From positions 4,774,001 to 4,838,000 of the forward strand of contig OZ249441.1 of assembly GCA_965235115.1 (NCBI GenBank): DNA of 64,000 nt, written 5' to 3'. The first letter of the stretch is position 1; each line of letters begins with the position of its first letter. Both the position numbers and the translations under genes were made by a program. This document shows, piece after piece, positions 48,901-62,037 of the stretch. The DNA is from Laetmonice hystrix. Taxonomy: Eukaryota. The notes under the pieces are model-generated. The model was not told the origin of the DNA. It did no database searches and saw only the letters and a program-made list of their open reading frames with translations.

Positions 48901-51900
48901 CAATGCCGACATACCTTTAAACTTAGCCTTTCTCAGCAGACGCAGTAAACGGGTGTGCATCATCATGTGCACCACAGTTTTCAAAGGATTGGTCTCAAAT
49001 TTGAAAGAATTTTTTTTTATAAGTTTTTTGTTGTTTTGGATTTCTTAGACCGTAATGCCCAATTCGTAGGCAACGAATCTGGTCCATTGACTGCCTAGGG
49101 CCAGCAGCAGCCTCAAAATTTCCTCTCGAGACTTGGCCCAAAAATTTGACGACGGTACATGGGGATGATGGTACAGACGAACAATCATGCCAGATATAAT
49201 TTTTAAACTTCTTCTTCACAGTAAATTAAAAGTATGTCAGCTGATTCCAGACCTGAACCACATCCCTCTATCTCAATCTTTACCTCTGACTTTACTGGTA
49301 CTTCTGGCGGCATTATTCTCCTCTGAAAGTCAAGACGATTCCTCTCGGGTTGTAGAGTGCTACTACCTGACACGTTTAGTCTACATTAGCCCGGCCAGGA
49401 ACATAATCCATTCAGTAGCAACCATTCCCATTGTCTTTTCAAATGTCTATAGGCTAGCATTCAACCTATTTTCCTTGGATTTCATCTTTTGTTATCTTTT
49501 ATACTGTTATTAAAAGCTGAGCCTCAATATTTGCTACCCATCCAATGTTTATACAAAGTGGGTACAGAATACCAAGAAAATTACAAGAAAAATAACATCT
49601 CATAAACTCACATTTTTCACAATAGCCTATAAATTATAAAATTTCAGGGCACGTGTAAATTTCAACTTTGTCCCATTTGCATTAATAAAATAAATGCAAA
49701 AATTGTGGAAAATGTCAATCATAAGTGCACAAACTCATAGATGCTAAGAGGTCGGCAGCATATTCAAAACAGGGCTGGGACTAATTCATAGAAACCCTTG
49801 AGATGATTCGATAGGCCTAGATCAGCATAAACTACGACCTATTGTCTGAACAATCATGCATACATAACTCACCGAGTCACGACTGTGTATTGTGGGTGGA
49901 CGCCGTGTCGGTGGGGCCTTCACACGACCCGCCCCAAGGTGCGTCAGCTTCTCAGACGATGTTTCTACATTGTCGAGGTTTATGTCTGAAAACGTGGGAA
50001 ACCACCAGAATCATGATAAAAACTACACAACAGATCCACATTTCAAATTTATGTAGGGTGAAATTGAAATAAACATATGCATTATACCTTGCTTACATCT
50101 ACAACATTACAAAACCAAACGGTCTTACTTAACGGTGTACTAAACCTAACGACCCTTGAATTGACATCACTGAATCCCTAGCCTCATGCCTTAGAAGTGG
50201 GAGGACCTAACTGGACTTCACTACATACAAACGGTAAGAGCATATCGGGACATTTTCGTGCTCAATGCCCGTTAGCGTGGGCAGGGACTACTACAGGCCT
50301 GACTAACATCAGTTAACCTTACCCACCTACAAATTAAGATGCTCTCAAACTTTCATTAGCTAAGTTTTGGCTAAGCTATAGGAAGTTTTTACTAGAGCTA
50401 TTCATTTATTTTTACTGCATGCATCACAGGAAAACCTCGCTGGGAACTTTAAGCTGTTCAGATAATTTTTTGAAGCTTGTGACCAAAATGAACAACAAAG
50501 TCTCAACAAACGTAAATGTACCTTAAACAATTTTCCCGATTTCCCAATTTTAAAAAAATCCTTTTTAAAAACCTGCAATAAATTATTAATAAAATAAAAT
50601 ATTAGAAGGTGAAAAATCTCATGGCCAGTTCGTGTACTACCAATACCACCCACACATGCAACTACTATTATCATGTTTATCATCAACGTTAGTAGGATCT
50701 CTTCTAACTCGGGTCATCTTCAGACATAACCTTTCTTTAACAGGACCACTACGATCTGAAAGGGTAAGTTATCTACTGAAAGAGAGGGCAGGCGAGTGAC
50801 ATGAAAGAATTGTGAATATCAAAATATAAAGTTAGAAAGATAATATAAAGATAAAAGAAAAAGAAGCCTAGCACTTCAAGCTTGAAGTGAATGGTTGGAA
50901 CCTGCCAATGTCTTGGATAATCACATGTTGGATAAACTTGATAAATCCTTATCACTAGTCACTAGTACGATCAAATTAACCTGTCAACTGTACAGGAAAA
51001 GTCACTTGTGTACACCGGGTACGACCCCAAAACTGATCTCCTGTTTTATCATACCTTTCTGTAGGCTATAACCAGTAATGTTTGGAAGGGATATGCCGCG
51101 AATTTAATTTTTCTCACCCACTGTTAGCATGAGGCCATTCTATATGCCAAATATCTGACTCTTTTATATCTCAGAAACACTGCTGAACGAGGCCAAGTGA
51201 AAAAAGTGTTTGGTGCTTCTAAAAACATGACTTGCAGAGTGAATGCATGAAAGGCTGTAGCATATATCGTACAATGAGACACACCAGCCAGTAGGTGCAG
51301 GACGACGAGGTAAGGTAAGCATTAACGGTACTTTAAACAAATAAGGCGTGGCATATCCCCCGACACACTTATAATAGGTCACCTTGGGCTTGACAATAAC
51401 CTTCACTAGAACTAGTCCTAATTTCTAGCCCTGAGAAAGTACCAAGACACACCAAAGGTAAGAGGTTTTACCTTGGCCTCCCCTCTGCGATTTTTGATCA
51501 TCAGTCTGGACTAGCCCTTTGGTTTCCTGCCTCACACTTTTCTCCCTCCTACGGTCTGCAATAACCACAAGTAAGGCGCTCTTTTTCAGCGATAACAAAT
51601 TCCTGTTCACCTTCTTGTCATGCACTGTTATGATGAGTAAAACAAGGTTAAAGAACAATTAAATCTAACCTGAAACGACCAAACTTGTGGTTATTGTATT
51701 TCCTACCTGTCTCCACTTACCTAACAGGTAAGTATATTAGAAACAAATGTAAACTTACCACAACCAATAGGTACGGTAGTAATAATTATACCAGTTAGTA
51801 AAATTTTAATTTTAACACCAATGCTGATCCACAACATGTTTAGGTTTAACTATTGGGAGGTTTAACATCTAGAACACTGAAGGTGGAGAGGGATTCTTGA

Positions 51901-54900
51901 AATAAAATGGCCTAAGTTTCCTGCTGCAATCTAGGCGAGTTAGAGAAATGATCTGAGTCAAAGGTGAAGTACCGTCCTTTTGGTTGATGTCCACTGTTTT
52001 TAAGCCTTCCTCACAGAACACACCGTTTTCTCCACACAAAAATTGTAGTAAAACCTTTCGTCAGTATCGACACCTACGGTACCTCAGAGAGAAACTCACC
52101 GGAGGGATGGGATGGGGGGGAGGGGGGGTGGGGGGGGGGTAATTGAAAATAAATGTTTTGGAATCCACAGGGATTTCAGAATTGTCCTTACTAAACCGTG
52201 GTTAGATACAACATCATGACACTGAGCAGGATGACATGATAGTTCCTGAGGACTTACCGATTTAGTTCAGCGAAATTAGACCTCTTTACAAAGTGGAGGA
52301 GGTGGCTTTACTTCTTAACTCACTATTAAAATGTTAAATAGTGCACAGACTTTCCAGGGAGGTTTTTAGGGGGAATATTAGGTGAAAAATACATAAGGTG
52401 GAAAGAGAAAAATTTGCAATAATTTCTGCCAAATTCAGAAATGGTAGGGAGGTATGTAACACAACATAATCCAAACTCTGCTTGGGTGTATATTATATAT
52501 GAGAACAAACCCATGCTAAGTGAGGAGGTAAAACAGTGGTACCTTTCTGTGACTCTTTGGCCTTGTGGTCGTCTGTCTGTGTGATTAGGTCAGCCGCATG
52601 TTTCACGGGATGTGGTTTCTTCCCAATGGGAGGCGGAGGTATCGTGGGCTTCTTGGAAGGTAATGCCGGAACACTCTTCCGATCTTCTGTCATGACAAGC
52701 AAGCCCAACTGATATCTCAATCTCGCCAACCCCTATCACTTTCTCTACAGCTGTCACCACACTCAATTTACACTTTCCGCATTTTTTTCTTTTCTTTTTT
52801 TGTCTTTAATGCCAGAGGGAGGGGATTCATATATGACCGAAATTTTTTGATCTCACAATCTGCATGTTCATGCAGAGCCCCTAACAATGAATCACATGCT
52901 TTATTTTCTGTCTTGACAAGGCTGACAGAACAATGCCGTCAAGGAAGAACAAGAAAAAGTTTCAGAAATCACGGGAGACTCGCTCTGGTGGTCAGGAAAA
53001 GGTCATAACAGAACCTTAATCAGACGTACAAAACCACATTATAAATATATAAAGTGGAGAAAACTACGACAGAAACCTTTCTGACCAAGTGTCTTACATC
53101 AACTGGCTACAGGAGATTATGGTTGTAAAAACACAGTCATCCTCTAGATGTTCTCTACATACTACGTAGCCTGTCTATCTCACTCTACAATCAATACAAA
53201 ACCAAATTATACAAAACAAGTTATTATAGACTACAAAACAAACCGTTTTAGCTGACGGGAAAGCACTCTGCTCTCATGCTCTCCTTCAATATTTAGCAGT
53301 GCAAAGATTTCAATAACAAAAATATAATGATGAAAAAACAAATGTGTGCGATTTTTGTTTTTCAATGCAGCAGGAGAAGAGGGAAGTGGACACATTACAG
53401 CCAACACAGACGATGGGGACATGCCACTTTAGTTATTTTGATTCTAAGCAAGAATAAACCATGAAAACAAATAAAAAATTGTGAAATAGTGGTGAAATAG
53501 TCATCTATCCAATGAACCAATTCAATTTGCTCCACAGAAAAGTCCTCAAATTTAAAAACAGCGCAATCAAATTTTTGTGAGAAACAAAATTATTGTTTCA
53601 ACATCAACATCTGACAATGGTTTCATGGTTTAATCTTTCAGCGACTTCTACAGGCCAGTTAGCGTATCACCACAAACACTGAACATGCTGACAAACAAAG
53701 AAATCTGCTTTCTTGCACGTGTATGTAACTAAATACAAGCCATTCCAAGCAGCGATAGCAGCACATTGCATGTCCTATCTACCCTGTCCCCAGACATCTT
53801 GCCAGAAACCATTCCTTTCGCCACATACTAGGCCGAGGAAAATTAATAGTAAAATTCCCGTTTTACAATTACTTTGTTCAAAGCCCACCAACGCAAAGTA
53901 CGTGTTAAAAAAATTCTTTCCAACTTATCCACCTAATTTTTGCACTTGTAACCAGGATTTTACAAATCTTTCCCCCCCCCCATTTCATTTTGGTCTCAAC
54001 ATGCAGGAAAGGGAAAGGCTCATGCCTCTAGGCTCTGCTATACCAAATGCAGCACACCAAAGTAAGCCATACCTTTACTGTGCCAGTTGCCGTCGGTCTG
54101 GGGCGGGGGCGGCCGTTGAATCGGATGGTCGACTTCTGGTACCGGTGGAGGTTTGACTTTTGTAGGTGTTGTTGTCGGGACAGACGGGGGTGGGGGTTTT
54201 TTAGGTTTCACCTAACACAGAACAAGACAAGTCAACCACAGTCAAGGTAAATATTGTAAGAGGCATCCATAGAGATGGCCAGATCATACTTTCACCAAAC
54301 GTCAGTTTAACATTTAGATAATTTTTCCCAGCTCCTATATTTTCCAATGTTTCCATGTAATAATATTTCAAATATCCTGAGGGAACGAGTAGTAATTCTT
54401 AACTCCTTCAGGGGATTCAAACACGTCACTTTTCTTCGACACATTTGGTCTGATTCTTCGGTCTGTCTGCCATTGCTGGTCAAAAATAATTTCTAAACAC
54501 AAGATATAGCATAATTCTGGATCAATCCGTGGAACCCACACCCGTGCTGCCTACACTACCTCCATACTCACCTCCTCCAGTGGTAGGAGGCTGACAAAGT
54601 TATCCGGGAACACTCCAACCTTGCCGGCGAGCTCTCCCTTCCACCAACCACTGTCCTCCAGCTCTGTCTCCAGTACGATGATGACATCCCCCTCCGAGAT
54701 GGTCAACTCGTCCTCATTCTCCGCCACATACGAGTACAGAACCTTGGCACGCTGCACTGTAAACACAACCAAATCACAATATCACAGCATGGTCACATAC
54801 ACTGCACTGTAAACACAACCAAATCACAATATCACAGCATGGCCACATACGAGTACAGAACCTTGGCACGCTGCACTGTAAACACAACCACATCACAATA

Positions 54901-57900
54901 TCACAGCATGGTCACATACGCTCCACTGTAAACACAACCAAATCACAATATCACAGCATGGTCATATACGCTCCACTGTAAACACAACCAAATCACAATA
55001 TCACAGCATGGTCACATACGAGTACTTGGCACGCTGCACTGTAAACACAACCACATCACAATATCACAGCATGGCCACATACGAGTACAGAACCTTGGCA
55101 CGCTGCACTGTAAACACAACCACATCACAATATCACAGCATGGTCACATACGCTCCACTGTAAACACAACCAAATCACAATATCACAGCATGGTCATATA
55201 CGCTCCACTGTAAACACAACCAAATCACAATATCACAGCATGGTCACATACGAGTACTTGGCACGCTGCACTGTAAACACAACCACATCACAATATCACA
55301 GCATGGCCACATACGAGTACAGAACCTTGGCACGCTGCACTGTAAACACAACCAAATCACAATATCACAGCATGGTCACATACGCTGCACTGTAAACACA
55401 ACCAAATCACAATATCACAGCATGGTCACATACGCTCCACTGTAAACACAACCAAATCACAATATCACAGCATGGTTACATACCCTGCACTGTAAACACA
55501 ACCAAATCACAATATCACAGCATGGTCACATACGAGTACAGAACCTTGGCACACTGCACTGTAAACACAACCACATCACAATATCACAGCATGGCCACAT
55601 ACGAGTACAGAACCTTGGCACGCTGCACTGTAAACACAACCAAATCACAATATCACAGCATGGTCACATACGCTGCACTGTAAACACAACCAAATCACAA
55701 TATCACAGCATGGCCACATACGAGTACAGAACCTTGGCACGCTGCACTGTAAACACAACCACATCACAATATCACAGCATGGTCACATACAACCTTGGCA
55801 CGCTGCACTGTAAACACAACCAAATCACAATATCACAGCATGGCCACATACGCTCCACTGTAAACACAACCAAATCACAATATCACAGCATGGTCACATA
55901 TGCTGCACTGTAAACACAACCAAATCACAATATCACAGCATGGTCAATACGAGTACAGAACCTTGGCACGCTGCATTGTAAACACTACTAAATCACAATA
56001 TCACAGCATGGTCACATACGCTGCACTGTAAACACAACCAAATCACAATATCACAGCATGGTCACATACGCTGCACTGTAAACACAACCAAATCACAATA
56101 TCACAGCATGGTCTGGTAAGATGGTAAGATCACTATGGTGAGGTATGATAGGATAGGTATGATATGGAGGATTCGATGAAATGGTGGCATGAGAAGGATT
56201 TTATTACTTGAAAACCAACACTTAATTGCGCTGTGATGCTTCAAATGTAGTCGAGCGGGTTTACATACAAGCTCCTGTAACAGTCCGACCCGACCCGCCA
56301 GTGAAGTCCTCCAGGAGAGGCAGTGAATCTCTGTCAGTGCCTTTCCTACCTTTGTATGATTTCTATTTTTCTGCCTATAATCACTAGTTTACCCTAGTGA
56401 AGCGGTCAACCAGATAATTACGGCCGGTTTGGATCAGTCCCGAATTTGTCCCCTCTATTTAATGTTTGTCAAAAACCCACAATAGCCGGCACTTTATTAC
56501 GACCACCTCGGATTGTGACCACTTTTTGTCAGTCCCAAATGGCCTTCCAACCCGTCACTCCGGCCACCCGGATCAGTCGGCTCTCATAAGGTGTGACCTG
56601 TCAATCAAGTTGAAACAACACCGACACCTTGGCCAGCGGCGGACGGGGTCTGAAGGTGTTACAAGCCCTCGTTTGAGCAAACACTGGCACTTGTACACGA
56701 TCACTGAAACAGCTTTCTTTTCACACTCATCTGTGTGGCCAGGTTTTGACCCATAAATACAACGTACACGCCATATAAGGTGTCACTCGTGTAGGCGACC
56801 ACCTCGCTATGCGACCAAAAAAAGGCTCAGTCCCAAAGGTGGCCGCCTAACCGGGTTGCTACTGTATTTAAATATAAGGAAGTTGCTATTGTACATTTCC
56901 CTTCATAATTTGAGAATTTACGAGTAACTAATCAGACGTGAATCATGTTTTGAGCGACCCTGCAACATGACACACTTCTCATGGTTTGGCAGAAGTGGTC
57001 AGCAAGGAAATGGCAATCAGATTATAGCCAACTGAATATAAAATTACGGTATTTACACACAGAGCACCTACTGTGACCCAGGTAGTGAGAGTGTGCTCAT
57101 GAATAGTGAAACCTGACGAGTTCCTGTCTAGTGACCGGACTGATCCTATCCTAGAGCTATGGTATTAGGTCACCCTACAGTTATCAGACCTCTAGTTATC
57201 AGGTCTGGACATGTACTGGGCCTACCGGACTGATCCTATCCTAGAGCTATGGTATTAGGTCACCCTCCACGCTGTATGTCTGCCTGCCGGACATACACAG
57301 ACCTCTAGTTATCAGGTCTGGACATGTACCGGGCCTACCGGACTGATCCTATCCTAGAGCTATGGTATTAGGTCACCCTCCACGCTGTATGTCCGCATGC
57401 CGCCCCTCCACCCACCCCTCCCTCCGACCTGGACAGGACAGATATCTCCACAATAGCTGGGATACCTCAATGGACTCGGCTCCATTCTCTAACTACAGCC
57501 CCGCTAGTTCTCTTGCTTTCCTTGTTTTAAATCACAATTACATGTACTTATTTTCTCTAACATGGTTACAGGATTATTTTGTTTTGAAGATGAGAGTATA
57601 TACCTATAACCTACGCCGGCAATGATTTTGTCCGCTCATTTGTAAGATTATGATTTAGAGGGAATCCTTGGTAATTATGGCTGATGTTGAAGCCTTGTGG
57701 AACATCGGGGAACCTGGTTCCACATCGGTGCACTGATCACACCTGGCAGTCCCACAAATGTCGCTTCTAACCGGAAGACAAATTTTAGCGGTTCTGAGAA
57801 ATGAATACTAAATATACAGAAATATTGAACGAATGCCCTCACCAACCTCTCCACACACCTGCTGATAGAGAATGTTTTATGTACCGAGGTCATGCATATT

Positions 57901-60900
57901 GTCAGTGAGGAGAAAAATCAATCCATTTTGATCTACGAATTGTTCCTTTAAATTAGCGACACTATAAAATATCTGTCTACATATTATGTGGATCAAAGTT
58001 TACATTGAAAACCAAACTGTCCAATGACATGAATGTCTCACATTTATCACCGTCTTTCCTTGGAAACAACATGGCATATTTTTGGCGCAATCTGCCACAG
58101 GCTCGAGTGGAATGTTGTCGCAAACCTGTGCGGCTGTGTTGGATCAGGACTTGGCCCAGTTGGTGCCTGTCCTCAAACAACAGCAGTGTTCCAAGTTGAT
58201 AACGTGTGTACAATATTGGTCCCCGCCCAACTGGCCCCTTTCACCCCGGTGAGTTGAACTAAAACTTGTGTCGGAATGGGCGGACAATAAGGTGATCAGC
58301 TTGACATGTACAAATAAAAGTCTCCTTTCTCCTCGCCCCTCCTAGGCTAGGCAATGAACTATTGACATGTACAAATAAAAGTCTCCTTTCTCCTCGCCCC
58401 TCCTAGGCTAGGCAATGAACGATTGACATGTACAAATAAAAGTCTCCTTTCTCCTCGCCCCTCCCGCTTAGGCCTGGAATTCCCCTAAGCCAGTGATATA
58501 AGTTTGGATTTGGATTTTATTTAGCGTTTTACCCTCAGCAACACGGTCAGGGTCATGGTCAGTTGGACTGGTTGGAGAAACCAGAGTACCCGAAGGAGTG
58601 AGTAGTTGGTGTTTAACGCCCAGTCAGCAGTTTTTCAGCTATTTCAGGGCGAGAACAAGGTAACTAACTCAGTCGGTGAAATCCATTGGGTGATAATGAG
58701 ATGATAGGAGGAAACCTGGCATCGGGGCGAACCCCTACTCTTATCGATAGGTGCCAAGGGATCTTTAACGTGCCCCTCCACATAGACGTATCGTGACACG
58801 GCCGGCCTTTGATAAAGCAGTCGGCAGCACTGCTTATGCAGGAAAGTCCGGCGCGGCCGCGGATCGAACCCCGGACCCTTGGATCAAAGGTCCTGTGCTC
58901 TAACCACTGCGCCACCCCGGTCCCCCTAATACCCGGAGGAACCACTAAACGTTCAGCAAGTAACAGACAATCTGTATGAGGTCTGGCATTATGTGGATTC
59001 ACATCCCATAGGTGAGGGCCTGGAGCCATGTGTCTATGACTCCCCAGGCTGACCTAGGGATCAGAATCTGGGTCATCCTGTGACCTTCCCGCTGAGTTGG
59101 CACCGGATAACGGGCTGAAGCCGTCAGGGGTCGGTCACCGTGAATGGTATCTGTGACGGTGTGACCCCATGACTATCTGTGACAGTGTGACCCCTATCTG
59201 TGACGGTGTGACCCCATGACTATCTGTGACGGTGTGACCCCATGACTATCTGTGACGGTGTGACCCCGTGTCTCAGTCACTCAGTCCCCGTCAGGATGTG
59301 ATTGTCCCTGTATGTATCTGTATTATACGGATATCTTTGTCCATAGGGCTGGTTCTGTATTATACGGATATCTTTGTCCATAGGGCTGGATCTGTATTAT
59401 ACGGATATCTTTGTCCATAGGGCTGGATCTGTATTATACGGATATCTTTGTCCATAGGGCTGGATCTGTATTATACGGATATCTTTGTCCATAGGGCTGG
59501 TTTTACTTATAAATAGTTATACATAGACATTTATCATCGCTGCATCCAGTCTGCCGACTCCCTGAGCAAGATGTGGACAGTCCTACACGTCATTGAGAAC
59601 ATGACCACATCTCCCACCCTGGTCGGTGCTGCCAGCCACATAATATACCGGTACCTTGACCAGCCATGTCCCACACAATATACCGGTACCCTGACCAGCC
59701 ATGTCCCACACAATATACCGGTACCTTGACCAGCCATGTCCCACCCAATATACCGGTACCTTGACCAGCCATGTCCCACCCAATATACCGGTACCTTGAC
59801 CAGCCATGTCCCACCCAATATACCGGTACCTTGACCAGCCATGTCCCACACAATATACCGGTACCTTGACCAGCCATGTCCCACACAATATACCGGTACC
59901 TTGACCAGCCATGTCCCACCCAATATACCGGTACCTTGACCAGCCATGTCCCACCCAATATACCGGTACCTTGACCAGCCATGTCCCACACAATATACCG
60001 GTACCTTGACCAGCCATGTCCCACACAATATACCGGTACCTTGACCAGCCATGTCCCACCCAATATACCGGTACCTTGACCAGCCATGTCCCACACTAAC
60101 ACAATATACCGGTACCTTGACCAGCCATGTCCCACCCAATATACCGGTACCTTGACCAGCCATGTCCCACCCAATATACCGGTACCTTGACCAGCCATGT
60201 CCCACACAATATACCGGTACCTTGACCAGCCATGTCCCACCCAATATACCGCTACCTTGACCAGCCATGTCCCACACAATATACCGGTACCTTGACCAGC
60301 CATGTCCCACACAAATATACCAGTAATGCTGCCAGCCATTTCCCACATATCATACAATAAGTACCTAGACACTGTCAGCCGGCAGCCCGCTGGTCATCTG
60401 ACCTCTGCTGACCAGTGGGCAGTTGACCATAAACACGTCAGGGCCCAGCAGCAGTACAGTTACCTTGGCCTATATACAGGCCAGCTCATTCTCAGCCAGG
60501 TCCACGTCAGTCATACTCGGCATCACACCTCAATATATGTTATTATCATAACATATTCTTATTCTAAGGCTCAATAATTAACTTAATTTGTCAAAAAGAA
60601 AAATCCCTGGCTACGATCTCTAATCTTTTTCTCAGTCCACTCTAACGATCAGGTGAACAGATGCTGAAAGAAATATCTTCATTACAAAACTTTTCATGGC
60701 AACTCCACCACGAGTTACATCATTGTGTTTCAGCTGTTAGCAGATAACTTGTGAACTGCAACAACTGCAACCAGGCCCAACAATCCCAAGTTTTCTCAAT
60801 GTCAAATCAATGATCCAACTGTGACAACTAGGGTTAGAGTAACAAAACTGATGAACACTGAACCGCCAAGACCAAAGATCAGACAAGTAGAATAAGGTAT

Positions 60901-61007
60901 AGGTCAGCAGGGATTTACTTACGCCTGTTCTTGCGTCTGATTGGTTTGGACGGCGGCAGCGGAGGCGGAGTCTTCTGCCGTGTCGGGGTCATGGCGGCTG
61001 TGTCCAT
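45990..61007 (-). CDS. CD2AP/SH3KBP1: CD2AP/SH3KBP1 (CIN85, cindr)-like adaptor: third SH3, proline-rich region and C-terminal coiled coil (420 aa if started at Met 61007)
   Basis: Exons 60923-61007, 54572-54756 (SH3: AKVLYSYVAENEDELTISEGD...GWWKGELAGKVGVFPDNFV), 54073-54211, 52543-52686, 51472-51555, 49284-49366, 47083-47271, 46421-46523, 45990-46240 (coiled coil ...RLNMQVEIDRVKKLVLS*). All phases consistent, 1263 nt. No SH3-A/B exons seen in the window. Confidence 0.85.
54725..56113. repeat. Minisatellite of 50/61/69-bp variant units (about two dozen) containing the SH3-exon acceptor and exon start
   Basis: ctgtaaac recurs at 54757, 54807, 54876 and onward; long units include tacgagtacagaaccttggcacgctgca, which is the first bases of the SH3 exon. 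Confidence 0.95.
57137..57385. repeat. Three imperfect tandem units sharing ggactgatcctatcctagagctatggtattaggtcaccct
   Basis: Core repeated three times at about 90-110 bp spacing. Confidence 0.8.
58301..58465. repeat. About 62-bp tandem repeat, about 2.7 copies
   Basis: ttgacatgtacaaataaaagtctcctttctcctcgcccctcc repeated. Confidence 0.85.
58596..58929 (-). mobile_element. tRNA-derived SINE (about 330 bp) inserted into an older SINE fragment
   Basis: A-box GGTGGCGCAGTGGTTAG and B-box GGTTCGATCC; 3' tail ...GGCGTTAAACACCAACTACTCACTC; TSD TACCCG(A/G)AG at 58587-58595 and 58930-58938, splitting a GGAGAAACCAGAGTACCCGGAG motif. Confidence 0.8.
59148..59500. repeat. Two adjacent minisatellites: about 26-bp tatctgtgacggtgtgaccccatgac (x4-5) and 37-bp tctgtattatacggatatctttgtccatagggctgg(a/t) (x5)
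   Basis: Direct inspection. Confidence 0.9.
59642..60310. repeat. 35-bp minisatellite, about 19 copies
   Basis: Unit aatataccggtaccttgaccagccatgtcccac(a/c)c; stop-free in all minus frames, which explains three spurious track ORFs. Confidence 0.95.
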
Positions 61008-61828
61008 GTGGGGAGGAGTGAGGTAACCCTTCTCACGGCGAGACCGTACTCCACCTCCTAGATCTGGAGTCCGCCAAACTGGCCTGCTTCCTCCTCCCAC
61101 ACACAAACGGCCACTCAATGTGACAGTACACTGTCAGATCTAACCAACCTGACCTCACTCTCTCAACGTTACGTCCAATCTAGTCACTCAACACCTCCCA
61201 GACTCACAGGTGGTCACGACAAACTTTGGCCACAGCGTTGTCCCAAAACGATTATACAATATAACTGTTTGCCGGGTCTGCGACCAGCACTCAATGTCTC
61301 CCCGTTAAAGGTGCGGTAAATGTCCCGTACACCGTGCCATGTCCTAGACGGTCCGCTAGCTACTATAACTCTCTCTGAAACAGGACGTGTGACGTCCGGT
61401 AGCAACCGTACAGGTCGGCCAGTGACAGTCAGAGGGGAGTGGCTGGGGTATCCCACATGATAGTAGGCGCACGGTGTGTGGGAACCATGTGAAACATGTA
61501 AGGCCCCACATGTAGGCCTGTAAGTTAGTATCGCTAACTTTACACCAGTGGTATCTCTCTGCCCTTGATTGTACGTCCTCAAGTGCCTACAGATCCGTGT
61601 AAGTTGTCTCTCAGCCCCTGATGCCCCACTTTGGTGAAGTGCATGGCACAGAGGTGTCCCCTCCCATGGCGGATGCTGTGTTATGTCCCCGGGTCTCCAG
61701 TGCCATATGCCGACTATTAACATGTTGACGGGTCCGCTGGTAGCTTTAGGCACTTACCGTAATTTTACCGCTATATGTGTTATCTGTATTTGGTATTAGG
61801 GCGTGCCTGGTTCAAACAGGTGCCGGCA

Positions 61829-62037
61829 NNNNNNNNNNNNNNNNNNNNNNNNNNNNNNNNNNNNNNNNNNNNNNNNNNNNNNNNNNNNNNNNNNNNNNNN
61901 NNNNNNNNNNNNNNNNNNNNNNNNNNNNNNNNNNNNNNNNNNNNNNNNNNNNNNNNNNNNNNNNNNNNNNNNNNNNNNNNNNNNNNNNNNNNNNNNNNNN
62001 NNNNNNNNNNNNNNNNNCTATATGATTCACCTTTTCG
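61829..62037. other. Assembly gap (209 N)
   Basis: Run of n characters. Confidence 1.

Noticed and set aside
56390-56870. Tc1/mariner-type MITE (GACCACCT motifs, ...ACTGTA end)
   Set aside because: Could not pair convincing TIRs or a TA TSD.
58025-58250. Antisense exon (open + frame ending in CG|GTGAGT) inside the adaptor intron
   Set aside because: No good acceptor, start or partner exon; peptide unrecognised.
9131-60310. 35-43-bp repeat arrays as CRISPR arrays
   Set aside because: Units are directly adjacent with no unique spacers, no cas genes are present, and the context is a spliced eukaryotic genome.
59534-60372. Three overlapping long ORFs (270, 158, 260 aa)
   Set aside because: Produced by a stop-free 35-bp minisatellite; the same peptide cycles through all frames.
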